Below are positions 9,231-19,400 of a stretch of DNA of 64,000 nt, one piece after another. Location of the stretch: contig JAVLKG010000001.1 of NCBI GenBank assembly GCA_032128875.1, positions 352,001-416,000 on the forward strand, written 5' to 3'. The DNA comes from Candidatus Melainabacteria bacterium 17Bon1m (GTDB lineage Bacteria > Cyanobacteriota > Vampirovibrionia > Obscuribacterales > Obscuribacteraceae). Both the position numbers and the translations under genes were made by a program. Position 1 is the stretch's first letter. Each line of letters begins with the position of its first letter. The notes under the pieces were generated by a model, which worked only from the letters and a program-made list of their open reading frames with translations, had not been told where the DNA came from and made no database searches.

Positions 9231-10457
9231 GTGGACAAAAACGAGATTCTGTTAACGAAACCGGAGATTGGCGAATTGAACAAAACCCTTGTTGCCAGCG
9301 AGTTTCCATACGGTGCTCCTGGGAATACGGAATTTCCGCTGTATTTAAACACCGGAAGCTGTGGTCGCAAGCCTGTATCGGTGATTGCCGCGCTTGAGGA
9401 AGGTTGGCGCAAGCTCAATCAAAATCCGACACTGACTACGTTTTTTGAAACAGAGCAGCGCGAAGACGCACGCACTATGGCGGCGGAGATGTTTGGCGTA
9501 GAGCGCGATTTACTCATGCTGACCGAAAGCACGACGGAAGGTCTGCAACTGATGATGCAGACTTACCTCCTTAAGGAAGGTGATGAATTGGTCACCACCG
9601 ATCACGAGCATGGTTGTTTGAACACGATAGCTCGTCATCTGGAAGAAACTCGTGGCATCGTTGTGCGCAGGCATAAGGTCGAGCCAGAATTGGGTAGCCA
9701 TCATCATTGCCAGAGTATTGAGAAGTTGGTGACACCAAGAACAAAGCTCGTGGCGGTAAGCGAGATTGACTGCTTTACAGGTTGGAGACCCAATCTCGAT
9801 ACACTAATCGCTGAGTGCCATCTTTCAGGTATGCCACTATTGATTGATGGTGCGCATGCTCCGGGTCAAGGTCCGGTAGATGTATCCCGTTACCACAGCT
9901 GGGTTTCGTCAGCACATAAATGGTTGGGTTCTCCAAATGGAATCGGTTTTGCTTACTTCGACCGCAAGATTTTGGAAGATTTGAAACCAGTTTGGGTTGG
10001 ACACAAGTATTTTGAAACGCGCGCAGCTAGCTCATCTCCTGTATGGGCATTGGAATGCCGAGGAACAGAAGACTCCGTGAAATTTATGGGATTGCAAGCT
10101 GCGCTAAAACTTCAAAAACAGCTAGGGGAGCGGAATATTGCCGCACGTCAAATGGAACTTATGCGTTTTGCTCGCGACCTGATCGCTGAAAAACTCAATC
10201 CGAAATTCTTGTTGCCATCGCCTGACAAAATGCCTGCCAACGAGCTCAGTGCCTTGCTTGCATTCGACTTCGAGCCGTCGAGATTGCTTGTCGATGATCT
10301 CGTGCAGGCACTTTGGCAGAAAGACAAAATTTGGATTCAACCGGATTATTTGTTGCAGACACCTGGACACGGCGTGCGTATTTCATGCCATTACTCACTT
10401 GGAGAAGCTGATATTGAACGCTTCGTGAAGGCGTTATCTGCTTTTGTTAAACCGTAG
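9231..10457 (+). CDS. class V PLP-dependent enzyme (isopenicillin-N epimerase/cysteine desulfurase-like)
   Basis: YLNTGSCG, STTEGL, TDHEH, IDGAHAPG, SSAHKWLGSPNGIG (PLP Lys). Confidence 0.92.
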   Translation: MDKNEILLTKPEIGELNKTLVASEFPYGAPGNTEFPLYLNTGSCGRKPVSVIAALEEGWRKLNQNPTLTTFFETEQREDARTMAAEMFGVERDLLMLTESTTEGLQLMMQTYLLKEGDELVTTDHEHGCLNTIARHLEETRGIVVRRHKVEPELGSHHHCQSIEKLVTPRTKLVAVSEIDCFTGWRPNLDTLIAECHLSGMPLLIDGAHAPGQGPVDVSRYHSWVSSAHKWLGSPNGIGFAYFDRKILEDLKPVWVGHKYFETRAASSSPVWALECRGTEDSVKFMGLQAALKLQKQLGERNIAARQMELMRFARDLIAEKLNPKFLLPSPDKMPANELSALLAFDFEPSRLLVDDLVQALWQKDKIWIQPDYLLQTPGHGVRISCHYSLGEADIERFVKALSAFVKP

Positions 10458-10462
10458 GGGCG

Positions 10463-11467
10463 ATGGCAGATTTCGTCCCACATCCGTTTCTTTTATCGCC
10501 GCATTTGATGACAATCGTGCCGACATTTATTCCGCGCGCGCGACACCCAAAACATTTGCCTGGCGGTGAAAAATGCATAATCGAGGTGGCGAGCGGTTCT
10601 TCCGTGCTCACTTATGTTCATCTTCAACCTGATCACAAGAGTCGACCGACACTTCTAATTGTGCATGGGCTAGAAGGCTCCAGCGAATCGTCGCAAGTTC
10701 AAGGACTCGGCATAAAGGCGATGAGTCAGAACATGAATGTCGTGCGGATGAACCTGCGCAATTGTGGTGGCACGCTGCACCTCAGCAACACGCTCTATAA
10801 CGGTGGCATGAGTGCTGATGTAATCGCGGTTACGCGACATTTGCAAAAAGCGTATGACCTGAAAGAGATCTTTGTCGCTGGTTTTTCCCTTGGTGGCAAC
10901 ATTATTCTCAAAGCTGCGGGCGAACTTGGCGAAGACGCCTTCGGACTATTCGCTGGCATCTGTGCAATTTCTCCGTCAATCGATTTGCACGCCAGCGTCG
11001 AATCGTTGAACAGAGGTATCAACAAGATATACGAACTGCACTTCTTGCGCGGATTGACGAGCAAGATCCGCCAGAAAAGCGTTTTGTTTCCCGACCGATT
11101 TGACGTGGAAAAACTCAGGTTGGTAAAAACTATCAAAGATTTTGACGATATTTTCACTGCGCCAGACGGTGGTTATGGCGACGCTGACAACTACTATTCG
11201 AAGGCTAGTTCAATCAACTTCATCGAGCAGATCTGCGTGCCCACGCTGATTATCGCTTCCAAGGATGATCCGATCGTCCCCTTCGATTCGTTTCTTTCTG
11301 ACAAATTAAAGACACCATATGTAACGCTGCTGGCACCGGAATGGGGCGGACACAGTGGCTTCCTCGGTGCGCGAAGCGAGGCTACAGGGCGCGATCGCAG
11401 CGACAGGTTCTGGGCTGAGCACAGGGTTGTAGCGTTTTGTCTCTGTAAAAATACTGAAGGTGCCTAA
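10463..11467 (+). CDS. YheT-like alpha/beta hydrolase
   Basis: HGLEGSS, MNLRNCGG, GFSLGGN nucleophile elbow, SKDDPIVP, GGHSGF. Confidence 0.92.
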   Translation: MADFVPHPFLLSPHLMTIVPTFIPRARHPKHLPGGEKCIIEVASGSSVLTYVHLQPDHKSRPTLLIVHGLEGSSESSQVQGLGIKAMSQNMNVVRMNLRNCGGTLHLSNTLYNGGMSADVIAVTRHLQKAYDLKEIFVAGFSLGGNIILKAAGELGEDAFGLFAGICAISPSIDLHASVESLNRGINKIYELHFLRGLTSKIRQKSVLFPDRFDVEKLRLVKTIKDFDDIFTAPDGGYGDADNYYSKASSINFIEQICVPTLIIASKDDPIVPFDSFLSDKLKTPYVTLLAPEWGGHSGFLGARSEATGRDRSDRFWAEHRVVAFCLCKNTEGA

Positions 11468-11670
11468 TAGGCAAAATCTGGTAACATCCCACCTGTAGCC
11501 CGTGTATCCGTTCGATGCAAAGTGAAATTCGAAGGTCTGACTGACGAAGCTCAAAACCAAACGCATGTAACGGCTTAGAGACTTACTAGTTTTATTCCAC
11601 ACAAAGTGTGGAAGAATTCAAGAGATATACCGGGGCAAAAATGACAGGGAATCTGATTGGAGGATTAACC

Positions 11671-12069
11671 GTGAAGAATTTGAAAGCCTTTGCGCTCTCA
11701 GCAGTCATGGCAGCTGGTTTGGTTACACCGGCACTCGCTTCTGACGAAGGCGTAGAAAAAGTAGTTGATGGCTCGCTCATCGTGACCCGTATGGGTGGTT
11801 TGGGCGCAGGCATGGTAATCGGCACCCCGGTTGCTGTGACCCGTCAAGTCGTCAAGTCCTACAAGGATATGACCGAAAAGGCTGCTGACAAAGTCGGCGG
11901 ACATGAATTCGGACCGTCCTGCGCTCTCGTTAGCTTTGTCACCGTTCCTGCCGCATTGGTATACGGCGGAGCAACCGGTGTGTTCTACGGCAGCAAGAAC
12001 GCATTCGTTCATGGCTTCAACGAGCCCTTCCACCCGGATTCCTTCAGCGTTGGCAAGTTGGAAGACTAG
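11671..12069 (+). CDS. secreted/membrane hypothetical protein
   Basis: GGAGG SD before GTG 11671; ALA signal peptide; Gly-rich hydrophobic helices. Confidence 0.8.
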   Translation: MKNLKAFALSAVMAAGLVTPALASDEGVEKVVDGSLIVTRMGGLGAGMVIGTPVAVTRQVVKSYKDMTEKAADKVGGHEFGPSCALVSFVTVPAALVYGGATGVFYGSKNAFVHGFNEPFHPDSFSVGKLED

Positions 12070-12104
12070 TCACTGAAGCGGCTTCGCTAAGAAGAATCAT
12101 TGTT

Positions 12105-12140
12105 AGGACCGGGGGCGACTCCGGTCCTTTCGTTTGTTTT
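12105..12140 (+). terminator. intrinsic terminator
   Basis: AGGACCGGGG-GCGA-CTCCGGTCCT-TTCGTTTGTTTT. Confidence 0.75.
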
Positions 12141-12159
12141 GAATTGCTGGAAGCATCGG

Positions 12160-12258
12160 TAGCTTGCCTTGGGAGAGTCTGGAGCTAGCCTGGCAGCGTC
12201 GGGAGCTTGCCTTGCGAGCGTCGGGAGCTAGCCTTGGGAGCGCCGGCGGCTCGCCGGC
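12160..12258. repeat. degenerate ~21-22 bp tandem repeats ending in a dispersed palindromic element
   Basis: GGAGCTAGCCTGGCAGCGTCG-type units; terminal TGGGAGCGCCGGCGGCTCGCCGGC (12235-12258) recurs inverted at 30808-30831. Confidence 0.75.
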
Positions 12259-12503
12259 ATCGAACGCATCGATCGCGGCCCTTTGACGCAACGACGTCGC
12301 CGTAGAAACGCATTATACTGATAGCTACATCTGGAAAACTCGCCAAGCGGCGCAGACGCTGGCAATGGGCAGCTCTATGAGATGTATTGCAACTGCTAAT
12401 TAAGCAGTCCGTAAACGTAAAAAAGCGTCGTGTAAAACTGCACTTGTGTAAACTTCAACAAATTCGAAAAGTGCATTTGTGTAAAAAGTGAGAGCAAAGA
12501 GAA

Positions 12504-12866
12504 ATGAGTGAAGGCGACAAAAACAAAGATTTGAATATCTGGTTGGCTCGCGTCAAACAAGCAAAGACGCGTAAAGAAACTTTCCGCATTCTCGACGAGT
12601 TCAGAAAGCAAGAATGGACTGATGTCCAATGTCAGACTATGTCGCATTTGTATATTCGCTTGATTGATTTGATGCCGCCCGAAGAGGATGATACGCCTGT
12701 TGAAGTCACATCCGTAGCGGTTGCTGATGACACCGCATCTGGTGCCGCTGCACCGGCTGCCGCGGCAACTGCTGGCGCTACTGCCGCTGGTCCCGAAGGC
12801 GAAGCAAGTGGCGAGCCGAAGAAAGCCATAGTCAATGAAGGACCCGTCTGGTACGAGAAGATGTAG
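12504..12866 (+). CDS. hypothetical protein
   Basis: Helical N-domain, Ala-rich linker, short aromatic C-terminal motif (GPVWYEKM). Confidence 0.8.
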   Translation: MSEGDKNKDLNIWLARVKQAKTRKETFRILDEFRKQEWTDVQCQTMSHLYIRLIDLMPPEEDDTPVEVTSVAVADDTASGAAAPAAAATAGATAAGPEGEASGEPKKAIVNEGPVWYEKM

Positions 12867-12892
12867 GACGTTGGCAGCTTGCGTTCGCAAGT

Positions 12893-13072
12893 GTGTGGCT
12901 ATGCCACGTGTCGCCCGGTTGAAAAGGAAACGATATTTAGGCACTGTAGGGGCATGCGATGGAACGCCCGGTGAAGGGAAAAGACATTAGAAACTGTAGG
13001 GGCGATGCGATGGATCGCCCGGTGAAAAGGGAAACGACATTAGAAACTGTAGGGGCGGCATTCATGCCGCCC
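12893..13072 (+). repeat. tandem cluster of GTAG-type REP palindromes (~51 bp period)
   Basis: Three CGCCCGGT..GAAA..TTAG..ACTGTAGGGGC units; last hairpin GTAGGGGCGGCATTCATGCCGCCC identical to 35267-35290. Confidence 0.85.
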
Positions 13073-13091
13073 GCCGACAAAGTAAGAGGCA

Positions 13092-13715
13092 ATGGCTAAG
13101 AAGAAGAGTTTAGCAAAGAGTGAATCGGCACCAACTGAAACTAAAGTTGGTGATGCTTCTAGCGCGAGCGCTCCTATTTCCCCTGGTCAACCCGTTGCCT
13201 CCTCCTGTATGGAAGCGGCGACGACACCATGTACAAGTATCGCTGATGTTGTAGACAATGCAGAAATCAACGAAATGTGCTCGGAGCTTGTTGCAACACC
13301 TTGCACTGATGAAGAACCGGCAATGGAACTGACCACTAGTTCTTCTGGGGAAGTTCAACAAACAGAAGGCGGAGTCACCGATCTGGTGGCGCAGCAATTG
13401 CGTCAAATGCTCGAAGAAGGTGGCGGCGGTACGCCGACTTGTGCGACTGCTGGGTCATTTACCGGCACGCACACAATGAACTTGAACGTCAAAGCCGGCG
13501 CAGTCGATATGAACTTGTCCACCGTAACCGAGGCGAATCAGGAACTCATCGAACTGAAAACACAGATTGAATTGCAGAAGCGACTTTTAGCAGACGCGCA
13601 AGATCGTCTCGATGTTGCAAATCAGCGTATCGGATTTTTGGAGTCAGAACTCGCGCGCAGAGATAGAGAAAAACAGGAAAACAGCGGCTGGCTCAAGTCA
13701 CTTTTCGGTATTTAG
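13092..13715 (+). CDS. hypothetical protein with C-terminal coiled coil and amphipathic tail
   Basis: GAGG SD; disordered N-half, heptad-rich C-half, ends GWLKSLFGI. Confidence 0.8.
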   Translation: MAKKKSLAKSESAPTETKVGDASSASAPISPGQPVASSCMEAATTPCTSIADVVDNAEINEMCSELVATPCTDEEPAMELTTSSSGEVQQTEGGVTDLVAQQLRQMLEEGGGGTPTCATAGSFTGTHTMNLNVKAGAVDMNLSTVTEANQELIELKTQIELQKRLLADAQDRLDVANQRIGFLESELARRDREKQENSGWLKSLFGI

Positions 13716-13755
13716 GTTTTGTCTATTAGATAGCAATTGACTGGGGGTAAATCGA

Positions 13756-14064
13756 TTGGATTACGTAAACGATCAAGAACGCATCAAAGAACTGGAAGAA
13801 ATCTACGGAGAAAATGCTCCAGCCGTGCTGGCGTTTACTAAGTTGGAAGATCTTTTCCATCAAATGGTTACTCTAAAAGATCACAGCACGACTGCAGATC
13901 CCAGAGTTGTTGGTGAGCAGGTCTGGATGGCATATGAATTTCTCTCGCACTACTTGGCGAAAATTGACGCAGAGTACGCGGACGAATACAAAGTCAATGA
14001 GTCATTCTTGAGCTCTCTCGAAATCGGCAAAGCAAAAGAAGCAGTAGGTAGCAGACGCAAATAG
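13756..14064 (+). CDS. hypothetical protein
   Basis: TTG start with GGGGG upstream; helical composition. Confidence 0.75.
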   Translation: MDYVNDQERIKELEEIYGENAPAVLAFTKLEDLFHQMVTLKDHSTTADPRVVGEQVWMAYEFLSHYLAKIDAEYADEYKVNESFLSSLEIGKAKEAVGSRRK

Positions 14065-14074
14065 TTCGATAAAT

Positions 14075-15331
14075 CTATTTCGCCATCACCGCGGCGAGAC
14101 CTTCACTAAAACTGTTTCCCCAGGGCGAATTTGTCTTCACCGCTTCGTTGCCTTGCATATCTAGATAGACGGTTCCGTTATCTGAAAAAGCTCGGGCCAG
14201 CCCATCGCAATATGCCGCGATATGATTATATTTGGGTTTCAAAATCCAGTTGCCTTTATTGTCGATAATTCCGTTCGACGCGTGGTAATTGCCCATCACG
14301 TCTAGTTCTGTCTTGCTCACAATCGCGCGTCCGCTGTGGAAGTTTCCTGCAAGATTGTTTCCGCTGATTTCAAATGCAGGCTGAATTACGGTTGCTCCGG
14401 TCTTGTCTATGTAACCGTATTTGGTGCCTTGCGAACCAAGGGAGCCCTCACCCCATTTCATCGCAACTGCACCAAGTCCTTCACTGAAGACGCGCGCATC
14501 GACGAACTCTTTCTTTGTTAGTCGCTCGCCTTTTGAGTTTAGGTAATACAACTTGCGAGTTGCATCGTACTTGCCGTTTGTTGCGAGAAACACTTTGTCG
14601 GAATAATCCAAGCATCGCTCATCGGTTTTGAGGATCGGATTGCCTGTTTTATCAATGAAGGTAGAACCAGGTAATTTGCGCATATCCTCGGCTGTTTCAA
14701 CTTTTGCTACGCCATCTTGGAACGCAGCAGCAGAAGCAAACTTAGGTTCTATGACAAACTTTCCACTATGATCTATGTAGCCTTCTTTACCATCTTTTCT
14801 GGCGACTGCTAAACCGTCGCTGAATCCGAATTTCTCGATCAGTGCCGCTGAAAAATCCCAGTCTGGATTATCGCTTCGTGCGTTGTTCGAATGTTCGTAG
14901 GCGTCAAACTGCAATGGCACAGCAAGCTTGCCTGTTTTGTCTACGTAACCGCATTTTGCTCCAAGCCTCACGCATCCAACACCTTCTGAGAAGGTACCTG
15001 CGTTGTCGTATTTTGCTTCGATGACAAACTTACCTGTCTTGTCTATGTAGCCCCATTTGTTGCCTACCCTGACTGCGCAGAGCCCTTCACTGAAGTTCTT
15101 AAACATCCTATGAGAGTACGGAAAACATCCACCATATTGATCACGCAGAACATCATCGAATTGTGGTTCGATAACCATCTTCCCGGTCTTGTCGATGAAG
15201 CCCCACTTCTTGTGAGGCATAGCTTCGAACATCTCCTTGCAGCTCACCAGCTGGAACGCTATAAGTGCCAGCATGCCAATTTTGAGCAGGTGTTTGTACG
15301 ATTTTGATTGTTTGAGAAACACGTTTGGCAA
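14075..15331 (-). CDS. WG-repeat lipoprotein
   Basis: Lipobox LVSC; repeated KWG[YF]IDKTGK..FSEGL units. Confidence 0.93.
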   Translation of the reverse strand: MPNVFLKQSKSYKHLLKIGMLALIAFQLVSCKEMFEAMPHKKWGFIDKTGKMVIEPQFDDVLRDQYGGCFPYSHRMFKNFSEGLCAVRVGNKWGYIDKTGKFVIEAKYDNAGTFSEGVGCVRLGAKCGYVDKTGKLAVPLQFDAYEHSNNARSDNPDWDFSAALIEKFGFSDGLAVARKDGKEGYIDHSGKFVIEPKFASAAAFQDGVAKVETAEDMRKLPGSTFIDKTGNPILKTDERCLDYSDKVFLATNGKYDATRKLYYLNSKGERLTKKEFVDARVFSEGLGAVAMKWGEGSLGSQGTKYGYIDKTGATVIQPAFEISGNNLAGNFHSGRAIVSKTELDVMGNYHASNGIIDNKGNWILKPKYNHIAAYCDGLARAFSDNGTVYLDMQGNEAVKTNSPWGNSFSEGLAAVMAK

Positions 15332-15529
15332 AGTCCGTTAATAAGCTATTTTGATTCTGCCCGCTAACTTGTCATTTCCTTCTGGTAAATCGCTGCACGC
15401 CTACAGAATTTTAGCCGGGAAACTGCCGCAGGTGCTGCGTTTTGATACTTTATCTTCGAAAAGCCGGCATATTAGGCACATTCTTTGGGTTTTAACGTCA
15501 TTCGATCTTTACGATACGAGGGTTCGACT

Positions 15530-15715
15530 ATGGATGTTGACGAACTAAAGATGCGTGTTTCAAAAGAAGTTGCCGACATAATGCTTGAGATATCGAGACT
15601 CTACAATTCACAAGGCAAAATTGAACTCGCAACTCTTGCGCAGAAGCTTGCTGCCAAGCACTTGCAACGGTACGCTGCTTATACGAATCGATTACGGGCA
15701 CGCGCAGTCGGTTAA
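15530..15715 (+). CDS. small hypothetical helical protein (61 aa)
   Basis: GAGGG SD before ATG 15530; MDVDELKMRVSKEVADIMLE.. Confidence 0.65.
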   Translation: MDVDELKMRVSKEVADIMLEISRLYNSQGKIELATLAQKLAAKHLQRYAAYTNRLRARAVG

Positions 15716-15746
15716 TCTGGGGCACGGCGAGTTGCTTTGCCAGTTT

Positions 15747-16103
15747 CTATTTTGTTCGTTTCTTTGGCACCTTCTTCTGACCAGCAGCATAGCGACTTGC
15801 TCTCTCCCGAACAATGGGCTTGCTACTCAATTCAAGCTCACTTTCAATCACGGACAACCGCGCTTGAATTTCTTCGATATCTCTTATGCTAATTGAGTTT
15901 TTCCTCGAAGGTCGGCTAATTTCGATTCCTAGGCGTTCGATTACCCAGTCGCGTACCATTACTGTCACTCGAACATTCCTCTTTTCTGCCAGCGCATAGA
16001 GCTTTTCCTGTTCATCTGAGGGGAGGCGGAAGGTCATGACCTCACTCTTTATGAGTTCTTGCTTGGCTGCGTCTCGACCGGCTTGTAATTCTTTACTCTT
16101 CAT
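15747..16103 (-). CDS. putative antitoxin, ribbon-helix-helix/CopG-like
   Basis: VMTFRLPSDEQEKLYALAEKRNV..MVRDWVIERL RHH pattern; overlaps the upstream toxin-like gene. Confidence 0.75.
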   Translation of the reverse strand: MKSKELQAGRDAAKQELIKSEVMTFRLPSDEQEKLYALAEKRNVRVTVMVRDWVIERLGIEISRPSRKNSISIRDIEEIQARLSVIESELELSSKPIVRERASRYAAGQKKVPKKRTK

Positions 16104-16368
16104 ATCCGACTAGCCTCATAGTGGCATCGCGCGCTTTCATTGCGTGGTAGATGTGGTGATGTTCGTCCGAGAAAATCTCAATTCCAATCTCAATTGGAAA
16201 CTTCCGATTTGGTGACCGGCCTACTATAAGAAACCTCTTGTTTCCCCTTTCACTTAGTCCATTTGGAGCGTCTTCGTTAAAAGGATCTGCATAAACTTCT
16301 AAGCAGTCCCTGTCAGAAATTCTGTGCTTCTTCAGGTTTTCTCTGTCAAACGTGAATTTCACAGCCAT
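16093..16368 (-). CDS. putative BrnT/RelE-fold toxin
   Basis: NLKKHRIS..EVYADP..RFLIVG..IYHAMKA pattern, 91 aa, toxin-first order. Confidence 0.7.
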   Translation of the reverse strand: MAVKFTFDRENLKKHRISDRDCLEVYADPFNEDAPNGLSERGNKRFLIVGRSPNRKFPIEIGIEIFSDEHHHIYHAMKARDATMRLVGYEE

Positions 16369-16373
16369 TCACC

Positions 16374-16401
16374 ATTATACAGTGTATTACGAATGTATTA
16401 C
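16374..16401 (-). promoter_or_regulatory. TA promoter -10 plus direct-repeat operator
   Basis: Minus strand GTAATACA-ttc-GTAATACA-ctg-TATAAT-GGTGA-ATG. Confidence 0.65.
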
Positions 16402-16468
16402 ATGTTGTCAGTGCAAGTTGCGTTTGGGAGGCAAGCTGAATTTGTAAAAGCGCAAATAGACTTAAACT

Positions 16469-19400
16469 TTACTTGCGCATTCTCTTCTTCATGAATTCTC
16501 CGGCTGCAATGTCTTCAACGGATAGACCTTGTTTTCTGAGCGCTTCAATAAAGGGATCAACTGAGTTTTTAGCAGTTTGTTTGTCACTGCTTTCTGTCCG
16601 ATTGTCAGGGGGCTCCTTCTTTGCTCCGTTTTCCTTGGGAGCGAGTGCCTTACTCTCTCGCTTAACTGACTTCTTCACTTCTATCACTTCTTGTTTCTCG
16701 TCCTGTGGGGGGTCACCCTCATCCACAGGCAGATGTAGTATTTGGGGATCTGTCAAACCATTGGATAAATATGAGGCAACGCTCTCCTCGACGGTCGAGT
16801 CGTCGCTTAGCGGACGAAATAGAAATTCTAGTTCTTGCTCAGTGATGTTTATAGACGCAGCTTTCTTCTCATCGAATATGCCTTCGGCAAGTACTTTCTT
16901 CTTTTCTTGTAGTTGCAGCATACGCTCTTCAATTGTGCCTGCCGCAATTGCCTTGTAGACAAAGACGGGCTTGGTTTGACCAATTCGATGAGCTCGATCT
17001 GTCGCCTGATTTTCGACTGCAGGGTTCCACCACGGGTCATAGTGAATAACTGTATCCGCGGCGGTGAGATTTAGACCTGTACCACCCGCCTTAAGGCTCA
17101 GAAGGAAAACTGGAACTTCGCCTGCTTGAAACTTTCTCACAGGCTCAGCGCGATCTTTTGTATCTCCTCTGATCTGAACAAAATCAATTTTTAGAGCTTG
17201 GAGTTCCGCTGCGATAATATCGAGCATGCTCGTGAATTGTGAAAAGATGAGGATCTTGCGCCCCTCATCGACGAGTTCAGTGACCATGTCTAAAACCCTG
17301 CGCAATTTGCTGCTGTCTTTAGCTTTATGATTGAATTTTGTGCCAATCAAGCGTGGGTCACAACAAACCTGTCGTAAGCGCAGCAATGCTTCCAATATCG
17401 CAATCTGGCTGCGTTTGAAGCCCTTCAATAGAATTTCTTCTTTTACTTTTTCATGCATTGTTAGTCTAACGGTCTCATATAAGTCGCGTTGAGCACCGTC
17501 AAGCTGCACGCTTTCTATCATTACTGTTTTTGCTGGAAGTTCTTTTGCTACTTCAGTTTTTGTTCTGCGCAGTAGGAAGGGGCGAACTCTCTGTGACAAT
17601 ATGGCTTGTCGGGTCCGATCTCCATGCTTTTCAATCGGTTGTCTAAAAAAGGAACCAAAGTTTTTTTGATCTCCGAGATAACCAGGAATCAAGAAGTGAA
17701 ACTGTGACCACAAATCACCCAGGTGATTTTCAACCGGCGTTCCCGTTAAGCAAATTCTATAGTTTGCTTGCAACTGAAACGCGCTCTGTGCTGCTAATGT
17801 ACCTGGGTTCCTTATGAACTGAGCTTCGTCGAGAACAACAACATGCCAATTGCGTTTTGCTAATTGATGTTTGTCACGGTGAAGCAATGCATAAGTTGTG
17901 ACAACAATATCGTGCTCGTATACTTCACCGAAATTATTCTGCCGGTCGGCTCCATATAACGCCAGAACACGGAGTGTGGGCGTGAACTTTTTGGCTTCAT
18001 TAACCCAGTTTGGCAGAACGCTCGTGGGACAAACGATAAGAGCCGGGTAGTCCAATCGTCCCTCCGTCTTCTCGATTAAGATGTGGCAAAGAGTTTGAAC
18101 TGTTTTTCCTAATCCCATGTCATCGGCAAGAATTCCGCCGGACTCAAACTCACGAATAAAATTGAGCCAGCCTAAACCTTCTTTTTGATAATCACGCAGA
18201 GTGGCCTGGAATTCTGGTGGGGCTTCAAGTGCGGAAATTCCCTTAAACGATTTGACCCTTTTCGCCAACTCATTAAGTCGCGTTTGGTTTTCAAACGTTA
18301 TTCCAATGTTAGCGAGATCTGCAGCTTGCCAGGGATTGATACTTATTTCGTCGGCTTGGGCGCTGCGATCGAATATGTCCAGAATTACACTGAGTAAGTC
18401 TTTTACTCGCTCGAAAGGTAAAGCTACGTGGCGACCATCTTCAAGAGGTGCGTAAAACTTTCCATCAACATTTAGGCTGTCCAAGTCGTCAGGGGTGAAG
18501 ACAAAGGGAGCTCTTCTCAAGGCGTCAAGAAGAATCGGCAACAGCGGTATTCGCTCTCCCTCTACTTCGATACCTATTTCGAGAGAAAACCACCAGCTGC
18601 CATTGTCTTCAACTTCGCTGGACCACTCATCTTCGGCTTCTACGCTCTCGACTGTAAAAGATGGATCAATTTCTACGGTCCAGCCGGACTCTTGAAGCTT
18701 TGGCAGCTGTGACTTTAGAAACCTAAACCAGGTGGTTGCAGTTATTACCTTTTCGTTGGCAGCAACTGAGGGAATGAACAAAAGTTTGTCGCTAGGACGA
18801 ATATAATTGGGCAGAGCCTCCAATCCACTTTGCTGCAACTGGCGAATTGCAGAACGCTCCATCTCCAGATTTCGGTTGATTATCGTAATAACGTTTCCCT
18901 CAATAGAGGAAATTTGTTTGTTGTTGGACTCTAAATCAATTCCCGGGACACCATAATCAAACACTGCCGCTACATATGGTGCTTTATGACCAAATGCAAA
19001 TCCTCTGCGTAATAGAGTGTCGTCTGCGTAGGTAACAGTCTTGGACTGAAGAATTAGTTTCTTGACTGGATCTCTGTCTACTGTTCTTCTCTCAAAATTA
19101 TCGATTGGCAGAGCTGCTTCATCGTCGGGCAAAAATCTTTTGAGGGCTGTGCGAACTGCTGCGGTCTCTGTTGGCTCTAATTCAGGAGCATCAAGCAAAA
19201 CCTCTATAACACTCGCTGCAATAGGAAGTTTTAGCGGACCAGATTCCCAATTGGCAGTGTCTACGTACCAAGGATGTGGATCAAGAAAAGCTAGAATATT
19301 CGATTTATCAACGGTAATGGCAGGCTTTTGTCTGCCACTAGGCAACAACGTCCAAGAGACGCTCGCCGCTAATGGATGACCAAGTTTGAGCGGGGGCTCA

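Noticed and set aside
12893-13072. CRISPR array
   Set aside because: Only three units, the intervening sequences are similar rather than unique, the hairpin matches dispersed REPs, and no cas genes are present
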